Source: Octopus sinensis (taxonomy: Eukaryota). From it: a DNA stretch of 64,000 nt. The notes below the pieces were generated by a model. The model saw only the letters and a list, made by a program, of their open reading frames with translations. It was not told where the DNA came from and made no database searches. The stretch covers positions 206,026,001 through 206,090,000 of the forward strand of contig NC_042998.1 in assembly GCF_006345805.1 (NCBI RefSeq), read 5' to 3'. Positions 49,636 through 64,000 of the stretch are shown one piece after another. A program made the position numbers and the translations under genes. Within the stretch, counting starts at the first letter, position 1. Each line of letters opens with the position of its first letter.

Positions 49636-52600
49636 AATGCTGTGTTGAGCAGTCATTCTCACTGTTCAATATTAGTGTATATATAAGCTAATATATAGAA
49701 TAAATAATTGTCTTAGGCAAGACACAAGGTTGTCTTTCTAATAAATGGTAGATATAATTAACTGAGGCCACCTATAACACTCACTTATTCTATTATTGCC
49801 AGCAAATAGTGATCCAAGACAAACAGACACAAAACTAAATGTCACAAAAGAAAGCTTCTATGTAATCAATCAATTTGGTCCAATATAGCAACCAACTAAC
49901 TCTACAACCAGTTTTCATGTCTAGAATGATGGACCATATTTTTGAAGCTTTAAGTATTAAGAGAGAAGGTTGGACAACTGTCGAACGGGAAAGGGTGTTT
50001 GATCTTGGAATTGCTTTAAAGTATTTAGCTGTGATATAAGGGCTACATGAGCAGAATTGACTATGCTACAACAACAACAATTTTAAATAGAATTACTGAC
50101 TTCATCCTATCAACTTTAATTACTATACAGTGAAAATATTAATGGCTAACTATTTCAATTGGAATTATTATCTTACATACAGAATGTCTAAAATAAAACA
50201 GTAAAAGTTATTGAGAGAATTGACAAAGAATTTGGGACAGAATATTGTTAGAAGGTGAATGGATGGTTAGATTGTACAAGATGATAGATGAAAATACTAG
50301 CAGGGATAATGATAAGGAAGTTAAATTATATTTAGCTTAAATTTTTATTGCTTAACAATTCTTTTTACAAAAGTTACAAATGATGAGAGGTTAAAGTCTA
50401 ATATCATTTCAAACCTTGGTGTGATAGTGAGGTTGAAATTTGGTATGTGAAATTCAATGTATTTGGTAAGCATTTAGAAGTTCTTAAAATTGGTTTGTCC
50501 CTGTAGTTGGACGGGAAAGGCATCGATAAATTAAACAGAACATCTTTTTTTTATTATTTAATTGAAGACAAATAGTACCATTAATCTTTCCACACTCTTC
50601 CAGACTGGTCAGGTAGATACAGTTCATGCTGAATTTGAACTTCTTTGCATCACTGTAAATCAAACAGGGGCAAAGGAGGAATTTCAAGGAGGCACAGTTC
50701 TGGGAAGAAAGAATTGGGTCACATTTATTATTATGTGGTCCTGAAGAAAGATATTTAGAAGTAAGGGCAAGAGGAGAGAAAGATACATTAGGTGGGTTTT
50801 GGCAACACTAAACATGAACCACATTGATACCAGAGGGACTACAACTGTCATGGGCACTGTCCCTTCTCTTCTTACCATTTTATGAGAACATGGAGAAGAC
50901 CAAGAAGTTTTGAAATTATGATATAAGGGTAAATGGAGGAAAGAACATGTAAGTTGGCAACAAGTTGTTAGGTAGGGCAGTTTGCCAATCAGTTAAAGGA
51001 TAATATTACAATCAAGTGTATGTGTATAATAGCTGCTCCATTGCCAGGTGTGTGAATGTAAATTATGCTCTGTAGAATATCAGCAAGTCTTCAAGACTGA
51101 AGTATTTTTTGGTTCAGATGAAGAAGTCTGGCTATTTTAGTTATATTAGAGTTCTGGTTGTCATAAAACTACCAGAGATTGTAAGAGATTTGTTCTGATG
51201 CCAAGGTACAATGTCAAGTCTGCACATAAGCTTTGAAAATTCTGAAGAATTTATTTAAAAAGACAAAAGTTCAATAAAAGACAAAATAATCAAGAAGTTA
51301 AGGAGTAAGCTTCCAGCTAATGCAGTCAGTATGTACCCCACTCATTGAATATTACATAGTACTGAATTACCAGATAAATATTGACAATTCATAACCGCAC
51401 TGAATTTGTGCCAAGACAATTACATCTCACCGCCTTCGTTAAACATGCAATGAATAAAACTCTGAGTAGGTACAGCTTACTGCTGCAATGACCAGTTTTA
51501 TTGTATAATTAATGAACATTTTATTAACTTCTAAAGTTGAGCTAAAATCCTTAAAAGGACTAGTTCATGGCAGATATATACATGCTTCAGTCCTGTTTCA
51601 ATGAAATTTGTCCTCATTATTATATTCAAGTGCACTTAATATCAATGAATTCTATCACTGATGATTAACTATGTAGCTATGTAAGACATTGAACTTGCTC
51701 TCTTGTGCTTTTAACAAATGTACACAATTGACTTATATGTTGTGACTCTTAGTCAATTCCTGTGCATTTTAACGCAACAATTATATTGTGTCTAAAAATG
51801 GACTTTGTTTAGCTATAACCTTGTGTCTAGCAAAGAAATTTTCAAATAGAAACAGACGTTTTTCCACTTGTTTTTAAAAACTCAGAGCTGTAATCTTCAT
51901 TTTATATCTACTTAGCTCTCTAGCATTCAGGTTAATCTGACAAATCTAAAAAATATTATTCACATTATTATTTTATAGATTCAAAACTTTGATTAAATGT
52001 TTGTTTATTTTTAGAATGACATTGTAGTATATGCATGAGAGGCCAGATCTGTTTGGTTTGAACAAGGTATTTGGGCCTGCTATTATGGTTGGTTTAAAGT
52101 AGAATAAATTGTTGAAAGTTTCACTTCATTTTCAAGCGTCAACTGATGTAAGTGAGCTTCAGATGCAAAAAGATGAAATTCTTTATGGATGGAAAGCTTT
52201 TAATCCCATATCTACTCAATTGGTATTGGATCTGGGGCTAAACAACTACTTCCATTTACCTGCATCTCACCCAACATATAATTACTCCATTAAATTCATT
52301 TCTCTACTGTAAGTAGTAGGAACACTATTAAATTGATGGGTGTTCTGCTGATATTTACATGCAGTTATTATTACTCTGTGCCAAACTTTCAAAGGATAGG
52401 AGTCTCATAGTAGACTGACTGGCAACAATGATGACATATACAACCACATTACAATAGATCATATCTGATCATCTTTTTCTGTTATTCTTTTACCAGTTTC
52501 AGACACCAGATTGCAGCCATGCTGGAGCACTACTCCTTCATGGGATTTACTTGGCCATATCAAACCCACTACTTATTTGATTTATCAATGTGCTTAAGTT

Positions 52601-52669
52601 GTCTTTTTGACACAACACCAGTTTTTTTTTTATTTTAAGTGGCAATGATGTATCAAACACATTTTTATC

Positions 52670-53070
52670 TTTTATCTTTTGCTTCAGTCATTTAGACTGT
52701 GGCCATTCTGGGGTACCACCTTGAAGAATTTTAGTAGAATAAATCAATCCCAGTACTTACTCTTTTTTAAGCTTGGTACTTATTCTATTGGTCTCCTCTG
52801 CCAAGCTGCTAAATTACAAGGATGTAAACACGCCAATATCAGTTGTCAAGCAGTGATGGGAGACAAACAAACACAAATGCACAAACACACACACACACAC
52901 ACACAAACGACATGCCACTTTCAGTTTCTGTCTACCAAAACCACTCATAAGGTTTTGATCAGCCCAAGGCTAAAGCAGAAGACACTTGCCCAAGGTACCA
53001 TGCAGTGAAACTGAACCCCAGAAGCATGTTTCAGAAGCAAACTTCTTACCACACAATCACACCTGCACCT
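52670..53070 (-). mobile_element. SINE family A copy
   Basis: Reverse complement of family A. Confidence 0.8.
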
Positions 53071-53566
53071 ATGAGCATAAACTCACACAAATTTATACAT
53101 ACACATATATTTGCATGTGTGTGTGTGTGTGTGTGTTATATTTTTGGGATGGTCATTTTTGTTTTTCTTTTGCCAAATAAACATAGGCACTATATACTTG
53201 TTCTTCCATTCTTCACTTCCACTTTATTATTGTCCTTTGTCTGAAATATTTCATCATTCATCGTGTGACCCCTTCAGTCCATTCTGTCTTTGGTCTTTCT
53301 GTTCATTAATGTTATTATACGTTAGCTGTTAAATCTCGATATCTGAGCATTTCCTCATGTCCAAGTGGTAGAAAGTTTAATTCTTTTGTCTTTGTGTAGA
53401 GTCTTTATGAGCTTTCCACAAGGCTGTGGCTTTCGTGGATACGAAATCTTTGGTAACTCTATGACCAGAATTTAACTTTTTCTTTTAATAATTACTGCTC
53501 TATTCTTCAGACTGTGCTTCTTTTCTCATATGTTTTGTTGACTATATATATATATATATATAATAT

Positions 53567-53621
<55 letters not shown>

Positions 53622-53979
53622 TATATATACACATACATACATATACATCATTAAACAATGATGATTAGGATTATACATATATACACACCTGGCATAAGGC
53701 CATCTCCGTCTCTACTACACTCCGACTCAGTCAAAGGGGTTCTTTCTGCAAAGTGGTTAGCATTAAAGAAGTGCATCATTTCTTAGCCAAATGTCTTCTG
53801 CTTCACAACTAGGGACTATATAGTGACAAATCAAACTTCTTAACCACATAACTAGTGTTATAGTCTGTAGTGCTAAGCTTGAAAACTGCCATGGGTCTGG
53901 AGAAGGCAGCATGACAACCACTCAGGTCAATATTCCCAGGAATCACTCCAAGAAAACAAAAGCCTTGAGCGGGGTTTTT

Positions 53980-54335
53980 TTCAGTCATTAGACTGTGGCC
54001 ATGCTAGGACACCACCTTGCGGAGTTTAACAAATCAACCCAGTCCCTACTTTTTAAGCTTGGTACCTATTTCATCGATTTCTTTTGCTGAACTGTTAAGT
54101 TATGGGGATGTAAACACACCAGCACCTGTTGGCAAGCAGTGAGGAGTAAGACAAACATACACATAGACATAGATATACATACAAAGGGCTTCTTTCAGTT
54201 TCCATCAACCAAATCCACTCACAAGGCTTTGGTTGTCTTGAGGCTATAGCAGAAGACACTTGCCCAAGGTGCCATGCAGTGGGACTGAACCTGGAACCAT
54301 GCGATTGGGAAGCAAACTTCTTACCAGACAGCCAG
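53980..54335 (-). mobile_element. SINE family A copy
   Basis: Reverse complement of family A. Confidence 0.8.
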
Positions 54336-54751
54336 ATTTGTTTTGTTTTCGGTGATTCCTGGAAATCTATTTCCAATAAATTATTGTAAATATCTAAAAG
54401 AAAGTTTACATGGACAGATTTACATATGGACTCCTCTTCCTCCTCCTCATCATTTTAAGTTTGCCTTTTCTTTCCTGGTTCTTCTCCAGCACGTCTCACT
54501 GCTTGCTGCCTCATTGTCATCTCTCTCACAAGAATCAGTCTCCTGAGATCACTAGCATAGCTAGGGGAGGGGGCAGTAGGGGGGGGTGATCCACCCTGGG
54601 CAGCACTTTTGGGTCTGCTGTAGGCAATATGTGTTTTTTGAGGAGTCTGGAGGTGGCAAACAGAAGGGCTGCCACAGACAGCACACACTCTAGCTATATT
54701 AGTGCCTGAAATCAATCCTCACCATTTCTTTCCATGTCCTTTCTGGACTAC

Positions 54752-55032
54752 CTTAAACTGAAAGGCTCCTTTCATTCAGATCCCTTGGCACTTCTTCCCC
54801 ACCTCTCTCATCCTTCATGTGTACCAAATGCCCATACCACTACAGTCTTCTCCATGTACACTACATCTGATTCCAATTAGAACCAGTTCTTCTCTCAACT
54901 CATTTGTATTATGTCTATCATGGATGCTAACATTATGTGTGTTCAGTGGGTTATACTTGCTTTTTTCCTTTCTAACTTTCACACTGAATACCCAAGCTTC
55001 ATACACACTGTATACAGTATACACAGCCTACA
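54752..55032 (-). repeat. Second copy of the RTE-derived fragment at 45071-45350
   Basis: About 4 mismatches over the ~255-bp core. Confidence 0.85.
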
Positions 55033-55959
55033 TCATACACCTGGACACAGAAGCTCTGTCTTGCCAACAGAGCCGATAGTTCCAGAATGTCTTCTACTCT
55101 ATTCTTATTCTGACTACTGTACTTTTGAAACACCACCCCCTTCTTCCACTGTTGGTTAGGTCACCTAGGTAACAGAAGCTATCACCTACTTTAGAGTACC
55201 TTCCAGATATTTGAAAGAATTCATTTCGGTATGGTGATGAAGGAATGTGACATTGATACAAAATGCTCAACTAGTCTATAACTATACCGTTCTCTATCCA
55301 TATGGTTATTTAATGTGCTAGAAATAGCAGTCAAATCTCCTGAACATTAAGCAGTACTGTCTTTGCAAAAAAAGTAATAAAAGGGCAGCTACATTGGATA
55401 TTAAGTGTGAAAACAAAAGATGAGATGAGATAATGATACGTTTGTTCAGTTAATACTGATCTGGGGTAAACAACAACAATATATTCCTAACTGGTGGCAC
55501 TTTCTAGCATTAAAAACAAAAAGCTCTTGTGGTTTTTTTTCATTCCTAGAGAGTCTGAATGGGAAGTCTAGAAAAGAACTAACATGTTATTGAGGGTAAA
55601 GAGAGTTAAGGGAATCCAAAGACCAAATTTTCAATGACATAACACACCAAATAATAATATATTTATGATTAGATATGGGTGTTTACCAAAATATATTGGT
55701 AATACATATATATATTCTGAGCCTTGCTATCATTTTTAGAATGGAGGGAGGAGACTAAGATACCAAAATGTAAAAGTAGTTTATGACAAGTGTCTCATTC
55801 TGCAATCACTTCAATCACAACACGGTATAATGTCACAAGCAATCACAGAAATAAGACAAACACCAACTGACACAGAGATTTCACAGAAACACCTGCAGAT
55901 CACATTGCTGTGTCACAACGATTAAACAGCAAGCTGGAGTGACAAAATGTTACATACGG

Positions 55960-56045
55960 TGTGCTGACACACTCCATCCATCAAACATGTGACATAATCC
56001 ATCCATTAGACATATGGTGACACTATCCATTCATCAAACATGGTG
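55960..56045. repeat. Short degenerate tandem repeat (~25-28 bp x3)
   Basis: GACAC(A)CTCCATCCATCAAACAT-like units. Confidence 0.55.
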
Positions 56046-56419
56046 TGTTGTTACCATCGTAAACCTTAGACATTGCATGGGAATGGACAACTATTATGTT
56101 GCCACACACATTTTCTCAGACTTGATGTGGTACCACAAACTACCATTAAAACGTCAGCAGTCAATGTGAATATTTACAAAGATTATTATGGATGTTTTCT
56201 TCTAAACTACAGGATTTTGATATTTCGTATCTTGTTGGTAACAACTTAGAGTAGCAACATCACAATCATTATTAATACTAGCAAGGCTACCCCCAACAAG
56301 AAACAACAGCAACACTACCAAAAATGACACTAGCTCGGCCTGCTAGAAATAAGTCTCACTTTTTTTTAAAACTCATATCATACTGTCTTAAAAAGGACAC
56401 ATTAATGTAGGGCGAGACC

Positions 56420-56492
56420 TACAGTACTCCCTCACCGTATCGCGGGTGTGGGGGTGGAACGTAAAGCCCGCGATAGTCGAGGGATAACAGTA
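56420..56492. mobile_element. Miniature pogo/Tigger-type MITE
   Basis: TA-CAGTACTCCCTC..TATCGCGGG...CCCGCGATA..GAGGGATAACAG-TA. Confidence 0.65.
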
Positions 56493-58189
56493 CAAAAAGA
56501 ACGACTGAAATATCCTTGATCAAAGGTCTGCTTGGTTTTGGCAGACGAGGCAAAACAACAACAGAATCGACATCATCTTCACACCAACACAATCACTACC
56601 ACTATGACAATCAACAACAGCATCACTACCAACAGCAACATCACCAACAATACTAACAGCATCACAACCACACCACCACCACCAACAACTTACACTACTA
56701 TCACAAGAGAAATTTCAAGTTGAATTGTTGCCGTTTGAGATAAGGGAATATGTTGAGAGGGAAATTGTAATTTAGAAGACTTAGAAATTGTGATAAAAAC
56801 AATTTGAAGCAGGAGAATGTGTTTTTTACTGAAATTATTTTTTAGACAAATTTTCTGAAGATAGATGAAGCAAGAAAGAAAAAAAATGTATAATGGAAAA
56901 ATAGGAAAGAAACTACTTAAATTTATCAGTAAAATCAAATCCATAGGAAAATTAAATCGATATTTTGTATTCGTTGTGAGGTTTCCATTTTAATAGGATT
57001 TAAGTAGAGAAAGAGAGAAAGAAAAGGAGCATTTGTGAGGGGAAATAGTGGAAACGAAAGGAAGAGAGGTCTTTTATAAGATGAATGAATAACTAGAATA
57101 TCAGTCAAGTGTGGGTGTGGTGGTTGTGTTGATGACTTCCTGCTGATGTGACAACAAGAAAAGAAACATGAGCAGGCAAAACAAAGGCAAATATGAGGGA
57201 GTCTTTGAGGCACAACAACTACCACCACCACTACTACTACTAGCCTTAACAATACCAAATGTCAGTCACAGTAAATAGCTGCTGCGAGATTTCCCCAGTC
57301 CCTCATCTAACAACTTTACTTTCCACCAATATTGGACTCCCCGTCCATTAAAACAGTCTTCTTCAACATAACAAGGTAGCCGCCGCCTCTATCTCTTCCA
57401 GTCTCTCCACTCGTGTCAGTCACTACCACACACACACATCTACAATGTGTAAGCACACATACTTTGAAAAGCTATTTAAAACAGGCCAACGAACAAAACA
57501 CGTACATGAATGAACCCCCCTTCTTCCTTTGTAGTCGTCCCCACATTTTTTTTTATTACATTTTAGAAGATGAAACCCCTTTAGTTATGTCGATAAGACT
57601 TGGCAAGAATACGAAAAATACTTGTGATACAGAAGACAAACGAAGAGAAATCTAAAGCTGTTATATTTGAAACAATTAGTCATAACATTTAGTGAAATGG
57701 ACGGAATAGAAACTGGTCCCAAAATACGAGCGGCTTGCATCGACCCTCCGAACATGTAGTGAGCGAAATGTCCATAATTGGTACTACTTTAATTCTACTT
57801 CATCTTTATATTCTGAAGTGGGGGCGGGGGCTTCAAAGACGGAGGAAGACTTCAGTAAATAATACTCAATGAAATGACTGTATAATGGTAACTATAGCAG
57901 TGACATCAGTATGTATGTGTGTGTATCTCCATGTACGTAAATATATACATGAGTACATATACACGTATGTCTATATATATATATATATATATATAACCCA
58001 TGCCAGCATGGGCAACGAATGTTAAATGATGATGGTGGTGGTGTGTGTTTATGTGAATATATATATATATATAGGTATGTCTATATATAAATATGCATGT
58101 GTGCAATACTGTATACTAACTTTTCAGAGATGACTTAAATATGGGACTTAAATAATACGACAGTTTTCAAATGTAGTCTCTCAATTCAT

Positions 58190-58620
58190 TGAGGGCCAGA
58201 TGCCCTTCCTGTCACCAACCCTTACCTTTTTCCAAACAAGATAATATTTCCCTATGGGCAGATATGTTTTTCACAGAAGACTGGAAACAACAGCGCTTGT
58301 ATGACAGCAATGCTATTTACAACCATCACATGATGCCAAGACAAGGGTCTATACAAAAACATGTACATATCGTTATTGTCATTTTAAGATCCACTTTCCC
58401 ATGTTTGCATGGGTCAGATGGAGTTTTTTTTTTAAAGGCAAACTTTTGACAGGCAGATGCCCTTCTTGTTCAACCCTCATCTGTTTTCAAACAACATAAT
58501 ATTTTCCCATGACCAAACAGGTTCCCTCAAAATTGGAAATGAATGACATAGCCTATGTATGTGACAGTGACAATCATTTCACAACTATCATGTGATGGGA
58601 AGACAAGGAAACAAACACAC
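58190..58620. repeat. Two tandem copies of a short interspersed repeat
   Basis: CAGATGCCCTTC..CAACCCT...AAACAA.ATAATATTT..CATG at about 58195 and about 58453. Confidence 0.65.
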
Positions 58621-59479
58621 ACACACACACATATAAAACAGGCTTCTTTCAGCTTCCATCCACCAAATCTACTCACAAGTCTTTGATCAGACCAGGAGTA
58701 TAGTAGGAGACACCTTCTTAAGGTGCCACACAGCAGAACTGAACCTGGAACTATGTGGTTGGGAAGCAATGTGCTTACCACACAGTCACACCTGCAACTA
58801 TAAATATATATTGGTGTCAAAGTTTGGCACAAGGTCAGCAATATCAAAGTAGGCAGTAAGTTGGTTGCACCAACCCCAGTATTCAACTGGTACTTATTTT
58901 ATCAACTCCAAAAGGATGAAAGGCAGAATTTGAACTTAAACTGTTAAGACAAACGAAATGCAGATAAGCACATGTCCAGTGCACTAACAATTCTGCCAAA
59001 CTCCTTTCAGTCACTAACCACCAAATCCACTGAGAAGTGTTTGGTCAGCCTGGGGCTCAAGCAGAAGACACTTACCCAACATGCTGTCCAGTGGGATTGA
59101 ATCTGAAACAACATGGTTTACAAGGGACCTTCTTAGCCACACTTTCACACCTATACAATATAATTATTTCTTGTAATTTCTAACTGAAGGGATGAGCTCC
59201 AGACAGGGCTTGCCAGGAAATTAACCAAAACAAAATTAGGGTTAGCTTCTCAATAAAAGAAAACATTGCTTTACGAGTAACCCCATGAAATGATGTAGGG
59301 GAAGGGATAACTCATTATAGTAGCACCATAAAAGGTAGGGCTGACTCGTTATAAAAAAAACCATAAAGGGGCGGGGGTTAACATAGTAACTTAGTTTTCT
59401 GTGACTAATATCTAAGACTACAACACTATTTTGCTCTTTTGTTTACAAAACCATTGAACTTGATAATCACAAAGACAGG

Positions 59480-60430
59480 AATGTAGCCTCTGCTTTCAGC
59501 TTGGTCATATAATGACTTGAGGCCTACTAGGCTGTTCTGATACAGTAGAAGGGCTCAATCTTGTTTCATGTGGTGGAGTATAAACAATTTTTTATTTCAC
59601 ATTGGAAATTGCAACCCAGAGTAAAAAAGTCCACTGTGAATAATCACTGTTGATCCCGAGAGTTCTCCTCAAAAAACAATTGTTTATACATATTGCTAAG
59701 GTTAAGCCTTTTAAACTTTTCCTCTATTCAAGGTTGCCTAGCAGATCTTCAGATTTTGAAAGTGGACATTTGTCACAGGTGACCGATTTGTTGACAGTTT
59801 CCTTAAAGTCTTCACAGATTCTTATAGTTACAACATTCTCTACAACTGGAACTTTTAGAGAAATCCATTCTGAGAAATTTACAAGCTGATAAATACCTTC
59901 TTACAGTAATTTGTCAAGTTCAACTGAAATCCCTTCTTTCAGAGCATATGGAGGAACAGGGGTAGGTTTGAGAAACTATTGTAGAGTTTTGGAGTTGAGC
60001 TTGATGTGAAGTTTGATACCTATAGCTGTACCTTTACTGAACACCTCACCATACTTATTTTAGAACAGACAGCTTTTGTTGCAGGACTATACCAAGAATT
60101 GCCCAGGCAACATTCTGAATAGTTTCTCCCAATTCAGTCAGAGGTGTCACAGCCAATTTCAATCCAGCAGAGTTGACCATTCACAGCAGTCAGCATAAAT
60201 GCTAAGTCCTTTTTCTAACCTCCATATGTACTAGCTACCTTAATAGTTTCTAGTTGAGTGATAGTCTCAGTAGTAGAAGTACTTTGGCAGTAGTTGGAAG
60301 AATTTGTAATTGTCTGTCAGTACTTTGTAGTTGAGTGAGGGTAGTTTCACTAATTACTGACAAAGATGTTTCGTTATCAACTTCCATTGCTGTACTTGAG
60401 AAAACCCATCCACCAAAACAGAATTGAGAT
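59480..60430 (-). pseudogene. Decayed Gypsy/Ty3 pol (protease and RT N-terminal part)
   Basis: MEVDNETSLSVIS (DTGA-like); SEWISLKVPVV..TIRICEDFKETVN..CPLSKSEDLL..LNLSNMYKQL..IIHSGLF. Confidence 0.75.
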
Positions 60431-60439
60431 TCTAAAATC

Positions 60440-60665
60440 AAGGTACCACATAAAAAGCACTGGTGCCACTTAAAAAGCACCTATAATGGTGCCACATAAA
60501 AAGTACCCAATATACTTTGTGGAGTGGTTGGTGTTAGGAAGAGCATCCAGCAGTAGAAACCAAGCCAAAACAGACTATGGCACTTGGTGTGACCTTACCG
60601 GTAACTGTGAAGCCATCCAATCCATGTCAGCAAGGAAAACAGACATTAAATTATGATGATGATGA
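60440..60665 (+). mobile_element. Old SINE-like family B copy inserted at or into the Gypsy remnant
   Basis: Short internal units, core and (GAT)n tail. Confidence 0.7.
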
Positions 60666-61179
60666 TTCATACCTCTCTGTGAAGAAGTTAGCAAGTAGCC
60701 CTATGAAGTTATGAGGTTCCTTTAGATATGTTAAGTACAAGGGGCTACCTTTCCAGTGCTCATGCCATCCAATACACTTTGTAATGTGTGAGGTTATGAG
60801 ACATTTTTAGTTTTATCAAAGACATGACACCTTCTTGGTGTAGGCACTATAAAAACGGCATGCAGTACACTTTGCAAAGTGGTTGATATTAGAAAGGGCA
60901 TCCAACCATAAAAACCAGGCTGAAAGTAAACACAAGTAAGGTGCAATCCTTCAAACCTTTAAAGTGAGCAGTACCCCCACCTACCCACCTGAATATGTGC
61001 TGACCCTGAGCAGTCCAAACCCAGCAAGGAAAATTGATGTAACATGATGATCACACACACACACATGTATTTGGTTTGCAAGATTTATTGGCATAATCAC
61101 CCTCTTGGAAACAGGGGGGGGTGGCAGGAAGGGCACCTGGCTGTAGAAAACTTATCACACAAATAGTGCTGCATACATG

Positions 61180-61225
<46 letters not shown>

Positions 61226-62454
61226 CATACATATATATGCCAGTATAGGGGAAATTATTCTGTTTTCTAAGTATTCTTTTCTTTGATCCTGCAATTAAGG
61301 TTAAACTCTTGTTATTAAGATTAAACAAATTTGTTGCCATGTGGGCAGAACCATGCCTGACACAGTCTCTTCGTAATGCCAGAATGGACTATTTATTTTA
61401 ATTTCACGGAGGTACAAACTTTCTCAAATATGTTTCAAATCAGAAGGTATCAAGTATCATTATTTTTTTTTATAAGTAATTACTTTAAGATGAGGGGGAA
61501 AAAAACTGGGCACCAAATAAAAAGAAAATGTTGGAAAACAATTCTTTTCTTTACTCAATTTACTAAAAGTTAAGAATAACTGCAATTGTTAAGTGATGTG
61601 ACATCGAGAAGACTGGATGTTCATTAAACACAGACTCTGAAACTGACAGTAAAGGTTTTCCTGAATATAGTTAAAAGAGGAATGAAAACTAGACACAATG
61701 CAGGAGTAATGAAGTACAATGTTGTACTAAGAAAGTGGGAGAACTGCAGGAAAAAATAGCAGTGATTGCAATTATTCAACAAAGCTCATAAATTAGTGTT
61801 ACTTATTGATTTATTTTAATTAGACACACATCCAATCTGTGCGTGTGTGTGCGTGTGTAGTGGGGAGGGGTGACATGTAAGTCGATTGAATCAATTCCAT
61901 CATAATAACAGCAAACATTTTATCGACTCCAAATAGTTGGGAAAAACAAAGTTGATCCCAGAGAAACTCAAAACACAATGCCACATATCAAAAATTATTC
62001 AGAGTGGCACTCTAACATTACTAATTACAATTCCTTAATTGTTTTAATTATTAATTATAGATTTTAGCTTTAAAATATGTAAAAAGAATAACACTGTGAT
62101 TATCTTTCTGTATTTTTAAATAAATACAAATGTGAATATGGAAGCTGAAAGGTTCTCAAGGGGAGAGTTTCACCATCACTTTAAAAATATGAGTACGTGA
62201 AAATAGGAGTACCCCCACCCACATTATAAATGGGAGTGCTCCTCAAATCAGTAAAATTAGCAACCCACCTGAGAACACTCCTATTTTAAAGGAATCTAAA
62301 TTAAAACCTTCCATCAACACTTTATTCATATTCCAAATCCAGTTTGATTATCTAAGTTATCTTACTAAATTCTTCATTATTTTTAAAATGAATTGAAACA
62401 ATGGCACTGTTTCCAACAGCAATTATTCGATTAGTTTAAGAAACTAGGTTTTTC

Positions 62455-62663
62455 ATACATTTCGGAAACATTTTTTCACGCTCAGAGTTGCTGAAGCATG
62501 GAATAAACTGCCTGCGTCAGTTGTTGACTGCCATGACAAAGCATCTTTTAAGGCCCTCATGCTTTCTAAAATCCGCCGAAACTACACCTGATTATATATA
62601 CACTTTAGATGAGTTGTAGTGCACCTGAGCACTGTACACAATTATTATTATTATTATTATTAT
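62455..62663 (+). mobile_element. Very short 3' end of a CR1/L2-group LINE with (ATT)n tail
   Basis: FRKHFFTLRVAEAWNKLPASVV..SFK..*, short UTR, (ATT)n. Confidence 0.8.
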
Positions 62664-63446
62664 AATGTTAAGATGAGGTACAGTTAGAATGATTTTTTCT
62701 GGTAATTATATAGTAATTAGAATCATTTGTGCATTTACTGCTGTTAACATCACTTGATGCCTGCCATAAATTAAAATTTAAAGTTAGGAAGTCAACCATA
62801 GACAAAGTTACATTTTTGGTCCATGTTTTTGGAATCTTACTCCGATGATGAGACAAGGCTTATGAAATGATATTAGCTTTATATTCTATATCATATGAAC
62901 ATGTGTACACAGAGATAAAACGGTTTTGTTTAAATAAGTTTTGCTCTTCCAATCATAAATCAAAGACTAAGTAAAAAACAACAAATGAAATTTATTCTAT
63001 CCCCCCCCCCCCGCAACAAACCTAAAACAATTCTTTTAGTTATTCTTGTGTTTTTGCTTTTTCACAAAGAGAACAACATAGAATATATTTATAATTGCTG
63101 TCTCTCCTTATGGAGTACTGGATTGATTCAGTCATCTATTTTGTGGCCTTGTACCAGAGACAAGAAATGGCAGAAGGTTTAAATTTTATGAATATAAGCA
63201 AGAATCCTTATTGGTGAGCCATAAAACATACAATTATGCTCCATGTTGTAGCTAAATGTGTTGTGAAAATAAAATTATAAAGAATTTCATAAATAACAAC
63301 TGAAATTCTAATTTTGACAACAGAATTTCATTTAGTGAATAACTTAACTTCTTTACCTTATTTATATTTATTGGTTAAAGTACAGAAATATCATTTTTAA
63401 TACTTTATGCATAAAATACATCAAAATATTTTTATTTGTTCTACAA

Positions 63447-63835
63447 GCGCAGGCGTGACTGTGTGGTAAGAAGCATGCTTCCCAACTACATAGTTCCGGG
63501 TTCAGTCCCACTGCGTGGCACCTAGGGCAAGTGTCTTCTACTATAATCTTGGGCTGACCAAAACCTTGTGAGTGAATTTGGTAGAAGGAAACTGGAAGAA
63601 ACCCGTTGTATGTGTGTGTGTGTCTCTCTCTCTCTCTGTGTTTGTCCAACAGGTGTTGGCATGTTTAAGTACTCATAACTTAGTGGTTTGGCAAAAGAGA
63701 CCGATGGAATAAGTATCAGACTTAGTAAAAACATTTAATACTAGGGTCAATTCATTCGACTAAAAATTCTTCAAGGCGGTGCCCCAGCATGGCCACAGTC
63801 TAATGACTGGAACAAGTAAAAGATAAAGGATAAAA
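63447..63835 (+). mobile_element. SINE family A copy
   Basis: Full-length match from head to tail. Confidence 0.85.
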
Positions 63836-64000
63836 AGTTTAAAATAAAGAAAAAAAAGAGAGGGTGAGAGGATTTCATGAAGCCCAGGTCAAGATGATTT
63901 AGTTGAGTGCTCCACAGTTCCTTTATTTCTTATACACAATGACTACCCCTGGGGTCCATGAAATAAGTACCAGTTGAGCACTTGGGGGGGGGGTCAATGT

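Overview
AT-rich eukaryotic genomic DNA made up almost entirely of transposable elements and microsatellites. The repeat families and the long (TA)n/(TG)n/(CAT)n tracts suggest an octopus or other cephalopod genome, which is inference only. No host protein-coding gene can be identified with confidence, and most short ORFs in the track are microsatellite or repeat artefacts. Recognisable content: an R4/Dong-clade RT-RLE retrotransposon with its 5' end present (1-3990, minus) next to a (TAA)n tract; a young 5'-truncated CR1-group LINE with an uninterrupted RT frame (23977-25430, minus); older CR1, RTE, L1/Tx1 and Gypsy remnants; hAT (Buster/Charlie), Tc1, mariner, maT-like, pogo and piggyBac-type elements and MITEs; a non-autonomous Helitron; three abundant SINE-like families; and several hammerhead-ribozyme-like motifs of the Penelope type. 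The most unusual signal is a ~260-bp, 77%-GC, T-depleted block (25431-25694) fused to the 5' end of the young LINE. It reads as ordinary AT-rich local sequence after C->T reversion, so it looks like an A->G hyper-edited (ADAR-type) RNA copied back into the genome, unless it is a sequencing or assembly artefact.
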